Source of the DNA: Spirochaetota bacterium
GTDB lineage: Bacteria > Spirochaetota > Spirochaetia > Treponematales > UBA12059
DNA: 46,044 nucleotides
Direction: 5' to 3'
Assembly: GCA_018815555.1 (NCBI GenBank)
Contig: JAHIWF010000317.1
Location: 1 to 46,044, forward strand
The notes below the pieces were generated by a model, which searched no databases, had not been told where the DNA came from, and saw nothing but the letters and a program-made list of their open reading frames with translations. This document shows, piece by piece, positions 42,677-46,044 of this stretch. A program made the translations under genes and the position numbers. How positions within the stretch are numbered: the stretch's first letter is position 1; every line of letters begins with the position of its first letter.

Positions 42677-43882
42677 ATGTCGGTGGCGGATGCAGTTAAG
42701 CAGAATCTGGAACGCAGCTCCTGGATTCGAAAGATGTTCGAAGAAGGGCGTAAGCTGAAAGTGCAGTTCGGGGAGACAAAAGTCTTTGATTTTTCGCTTG
42801 GTAACCCGGATTTGGAACCGCCGCCGCAGTTTCTGGAGGCATTGAAGGATGCTGCCTCGAGTGCTGAACTTGGTACGCATGCCTATATGCCTAATGCCGG
42901 CTATCCCTTTGCCAGAGCGGCTATGGCCGAGAAAATCAGTGCCGAGCATAAGCTTAGTCTGAGTGCCGAGGATGTGATTCTGACGGTAGGAGCAGCCGGA
43001 GCGCTGAATGTAGTGCTGAAGACTATACTCAATCCTGGTGACGACGTTATTGTCCTTCGCCCGTATTTTGCCGAATATGCCTTCTATATAGATAATCAGC
43101 GTGGAACGATGGTTCCGGTGGAGACCGGCGCTGATTTTCTGCCCGATATGGATAAAATCCGGCAGGTATTGTCGGCAAAGACCGCGGCCATTATTCTGAA
43201 TACACCGAACAATCCCAGTGGCCGGGTATATCCACGAACTGTAATAGAGGATCTGGCTAAGCTGCTGAAGGCGCACGGGCAGGGTTGCGGCCGCCTGCCC
43301 GTGCTGATAGTCGACGAACCCTACCGTGATATTGTATATGACGGCATCGTAGCAGCGCCGATTCTGGATGCTTATGAAGAATCCATCGTGGTTTCCAGCT
43401 TCAGCAAGACCCTTTCGGTGCCGGGCGAGCGCATAGGCTATATTGGTTTGAATCCGGCCATAAGCGAGCACAAGCTGCTGCTGGATGGCATGATCATGGC
43501 TAACCGTATTCTTGGCTATGTAAATGCTCCGGCCCTCATGCAGCGGGCGGTAACTTCCAGTTGGCGGGCTCGCGCCGACATTGACCGCTATCGTCGTCGT
43601 CGTGACATGTTGGTACGGGTGATGGATGCGGCCGGACTGGAATATGCTAAGCCTGAAGGAGCGTTTTACCTATTTGTAAAAGTGCCTGCCGGCAGCAAGG
43701 TTGTGCCGGCAGGCAGCAGTGCCGATGTGGAGTTTGCCATGCATCTGAAAAGCCACAAGATTCTGGGTGTTCCCGGAATCGGGTTCGGCTGTCCGGGCTG
43801 GCTGCGATTTTCGTATTGTGTTCCAGAATCGGTTATCGAGCAGTCCCAGACTGCGTTTAAAGAGGCCGTGGCGGCGTGGTAA
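42677..43882 (+). CDS. Class I/II pyridoxal-phosphate-dependent aminotransferase
   Basis: NPNNPSG-type segment (LNTPNNPSGRVY), PLP-lysine context SSFSKTLSVPGERIGY, and C-terminal RFSY. GGAGG lies 4 nt before ATG 42677. Confidence 0.9.
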   Translation: MSVADAVKQNLERSSWIRKMFEEGRKLKVQFGETKVFDFSLGNPDLEPPPQFLEALKDAASSAELGTHAYMPNAGYPFARAAMAEKISAEHKLSLSAEDVILTVGAAGALNVVLKTILNPGDDVIVLRPYFAEYAFYIDNQRGTMVPVETGADFLPDMDKIRQVLSAKTAAIILNTPNNPSGRVYPRTVIEDLAKLLKAHGQGCGRLPVLIVDEPYRDIVYDGIVAAPILDAYEESIVVSSFSKTLSVPGERIGYIGLNPAISEHKLLLDGMIMANRILGYVNAPALMQRAVTSSWRARADIDRYRRRRDMLVRVMDAAGLEYAKPEGAFYLFVKVPAGSKVVPAGSSADVEFAMHLKSHKILGVPGIGFGCPGWLRFSYCVPESVIEQSQTAFKEAVAAW

Positions 43883-44023
43883 GATAGCCGGGAGGGTGGG
43901 AGGCCGGTCGGTAAAGTGGGTTGCCTGCAGTCTATCGCCGGTCAGCCAGGTTGGTGACGTGATTTGGTCAGGTCGGCGGCCGCAGACTTGGTTAGTCGGG
44001 CCGGTGGAGTTTTGCTCGGCCGT

Positions 44024-45298
44024 TTATTTGCGGCCGAAAACCTGCTGGGGCTGGGTTTTGTTGCGGAACAGCACCTCGCCCATCTGCTGGAAGCGGCTCT
44101 GGTTTTCCAGGCTCAGATTCTTGTAGACCGGATGGCTGATTAGTAGATCCTGTTTGAATTCACGGCAGAGGGAATCCAGCCTGGCGGCGACATTCACACT
44201 TTCGCCCACAACCGAAACCCGCGGGTTGCCCGAGGCTGCGGTCAGCGCTCCGGCTGCAACCGGGCCGGCATGGATGCCAATGCCGATATGCTTTACCAGC
44301 GGCAACCGGTGTTCGGCCAACTCATCCTGAAAATAGACAAACTGGGTAAGGAAATCGTAGGCACAATTAACCGCACTATCGTGGGCGTCGGTTTCACCCA
44401 ACAGGCCGAAGACGATAATGACGGTATCGCCCACAAACTGCTCGATGATGCCGGAATGCCGCCGGGCAATGATGTCCCATAGGGCATAATAGCGGTTTAG
44501 AAGGCCGATGGTGCTTACCGGGCCTTCTTTTTCGGCAATTGGGGTAAAATTCCACAAATCGGCATACAGGATCACCACATCGCGTTTTTCGCCGGTATTA
44601 AGGGCTTTTGCGCTGTCCACGGGCATGGTCGGCGGTTCTACCACGGTGTACACTGCATCCAGGCGATATTTCAGCGATATTTGCTTGATTTTGTCCGAGG
44701 TCTGGAACAGGCCGAACATTAGCGCGCCGAACATGATGAAGATATGCTGTACCGGCTTGGTAAAATTGATAAAGCCTGGCAGAAAGTTGGCTATGGACAG
44801 TTGCTGCTCGAGCTGGGCGTAATTGATGAGCCCGGCCGCATAGTCATTAGAAACCGATACCCGCAGATCCAGGTAAAAGTAGAAGAATACAAAGGTAAAG
44901 ATGGTTCCGAAGCTCAGGAAGGCTTCGGCGATGCGTTTGGGCCATTTGGTTTTGGTTACCAGGCCAACTGCCTGCAGCATACCGAGATAGAAGGCGGTTA
45001 CCCAGAGGAAAAAGGTTGCCATATCAAAGGGACGCCCGCTCTGGGCCAGGGTGTGCATGAGCGTAAACGACATCGGACTGATAAACGATAGCAGAAAGCG
45101 GGCGGTTGCCCGGTGGCCGTAACGGGCCAGCAGGGCAATCTGCAGCAGTAACGAGATCATCAGGGTAAAGATGATGCCGGTGGATGGTCGCAGTACCGCC
45201 GGCGAGGTAAACAGAACCAATATATAGAAGAGCACAAACTGACTGGAGTACAGGAAAAATTCCTCCAGAAAGCGTCGTGGCAGAAATCTCATAGGCAT
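44024..45298 (-). CDS. Membrane-anchored class III adenylate/guanylate cyclase
   Basis: About six N-terminal helices, then VVILYADLWNFTPIAE, GDTVIIVFG, GIHAGPVAAG and VVGESVNVAARL. The third codon (ATG 45292) has better SD spacing than 45298. Confidence 0.88.
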   Translation of the reverse strand: MPMRFLPRRFLEEFFLYSSQFVLFYILVLFTSPAVLRPSTGIIFTLMISLLLQIALLARYGHRATARFLLSFISPMSFTLMHTLAQSGRPFDMATFFLWVTAFYLGMLQAVGLVTKTKWPKRIAEAFLSFGTIFTFVFFYFYLDLRVSVSNDYAAGLINYAQLEQQLSIANFLPGFINFTKPVQHIFIMFGALMFGLFQTSDKIKQISLKYRLDAVYTVVEPPTMPVDSAKALNTGEKRDVVILYADLWNFTPIAEKEGPVSTIGLLNRYYALWDIIARRHSGIIEQFVGDTVIIVFGLLGETDAHDSAVNCAYDFLTQFVYFQDELAEHRLPLVKHIGIGIHAGPVAAGALTAASGNPRVSVVGESVNVAARLDSLCREFKQDLLISHPVYKNLSLENQSRFQQMGEVLFRNKTQPQQVFGRK

Positions 45299-45445
45299 CC
45301 TCCGCTCTTAAAATACCGGGACAGCTGAACTTTGCCGGAATTCTATTGAGCTAAGCTGAAAAATCGGCTACCGTAGCATCTGAGTGCCCGGAAGAGCCGG
45401 CTGCATATAATACGGCATAGCCCGATAAAAAGAAAGAGCTTTCAT

Positions 45446-46044
45446 ATGAAACGCACACCCTTGATACTGTTATTTTCTGCCTGTCTGCTGGCCAGTGCCT
45501 GTGGTGGCGGTGACCAGGCAACGACAGTGACTGATAGTACTGATGTGGAGGCGACTGTATTGCCTGCCGACGGGACCGGTTTCGAGCCTGCCGACGGAGC
45601 TGAACGAATAGAAGTGCCGGACGGCATACTGCTGGTAGATACCACAATGGCTCGCTCAATTGTCCCGGGTGACTATCCGGCCCCGCTGACGCTGCTTCGT
45701 GTGGACGGCAGCAGGTCTTCGTATGCAGCTGATCTTTACGACGCCATACTGGCCGCTCTGGACGAGCATCCGGCCCAGGCGCTGATTGTTTCGCCGGCAG
45801 TACGCGGCACCGCCCGGGCCTTTGAGCGTCTGCGTGTCAGCCGGCCCGGCATGCGGCTTTTTGCGCTGGATCCGGAGGACCCGGTGCTGCAGATCGAGGC
45901 GGTGGCTGAGTTGGTAATCAGCCAGGATCCGCTGGCCGCGGTGCGCATGGCCCTGCAGGCAGCCTATCTGCAGGGCTACCAGCATCTGGTGCTGTTCAGC
46001 GAAGAGGCTCCCCGGGAAGGTACCCTGGCCGCACTGAAGTCGAC
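45446..46044 (+). CDS. Lipoprotein, divergent DUF3798-like paralogue (3' end outside window)
   Basis: It is not in the supplied track because it runs off the edge. My translation is MKRTPLILLFSACLLASACGGGDQ...DEHPAQALIVSPAVRGTARAFERLRVSRPGMRLFALDPEDP... This parallels DPAVKALIMVQAVPGSAAAFEKVREVRPDVLIIAGVPGEDP of the 35778 gene. Confidence 0.7.
   Translation, partial: MKRTPLILLFSACLLASACGGGDQATTVTDSTDVEATVLPADGTGFEPADGAERIEVPDGILLVDTTMARSIVPGDYPAPLTLLRVDGSRSSYAADLYDAILAALDEHPAQALIVSPAVRGTARAFERLRVSRPGMRLFALDPEDPVLQIEAVAELVISQDPLAAVRMALQAAYLQGYQHLVLFSEEAPREGTLAALKS

Noticed and set aside
43966-43974. GGTCAGGTC resembles the start of the SRP (4.5S) RNA domain IV motif.
   Set aside because: The following sequence lacks the GGAA tetraloop and AGCA elements, and no long flanking helix could be drawn.
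45351-45985. Minus-strand ORFs 45351-45659 and 45656-45985.
   Set aside because: The plus-strand frame encodes a lipoprotein with a signal peptide and similarity to the DUF3798-type protein. The minus-strand products are Arg/Pro/Ser-rich.
1-46044. CRISPR arrays, rRNA genes, IS elements and large repeats.
   Set aside because: I found no regularly spaced repeats, rRNA-like stretches, transposase motifs or inverted terminal repeats while reading the window.

Overview
This window looks like a chromosomal segment from a spirochaete. The evidence is a FlaB-type flagellin ([17 protein letters not shown]...), sigma28-type promoters in front of flaB and a chemoreceptor gene, and DUF3798-type binding lipoproteins. 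I can support 42 protein-coding genes (two cut by the window edges), one tRNA-Leu(CAA), several intrinsic terminators and a set of promoter or operator motifs. I saw no rRNA, CRISPR array, transposase, integrase or obvious prophage.

Gene content from left to right:
- ybaB'-recR, a 538-aa unknown, flaB, a TatD-like hydrolase, fhs and murA.
- An LptF/G-like membrane pair.
- A pspA module (DUF2170-like, PspA, pseudo-receiver OmpR-type regulator) preceded by a STAS-zinc-ribbon gene.
- An SDR, a SpoU/TrmJ-like methyltransferase, and a REC-AAA+ enhancer-binding-type protein without a DNA-binding domain, divergent from a GHKL-like-HDOD protein.
- An SSS transporter, a VanY-like M15 peptidase, a PAS-GGDEF(degenerate)-EAL protein and a PAP2-like membrane protein.
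- apbE with an MBL hydrolase, a DbpA-domain protein, a UDG-superfamily-like protein, and an XRE regulator with a divergent small gene.
- A BNR plus GH-like TIM-barrel protein, tRNA-Leu, an MFS transporter, an aroD-aroE fusion and OsmC.
- A DUF3798-type ABC uptake operon, a polytopic MCP, an aminotransferase, a membrane class III cyclase and a second DUF3798-like lipoprotein.

Best candidates for something undescribed:
1. The PspA operon, which ends in a translationally coupled, phosphorylation-incompetent OmpR-type regulator.
2. The DBD-less EBP with a GAYTDS loop, paired with a GHKL-like-HDOD protein.
3. An intergenic hub with two perfect DnaA-box 9-mers, a 21-bp palindrome and an AT-rich tract.
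4. A recurrent promoter geometry (-35, 17 nt, -10, 5-6 nt, start codon) that predicts leaderless mRNAs for at least seven genes.

All functional calls rest on motif recognition by eye. No searches were run.
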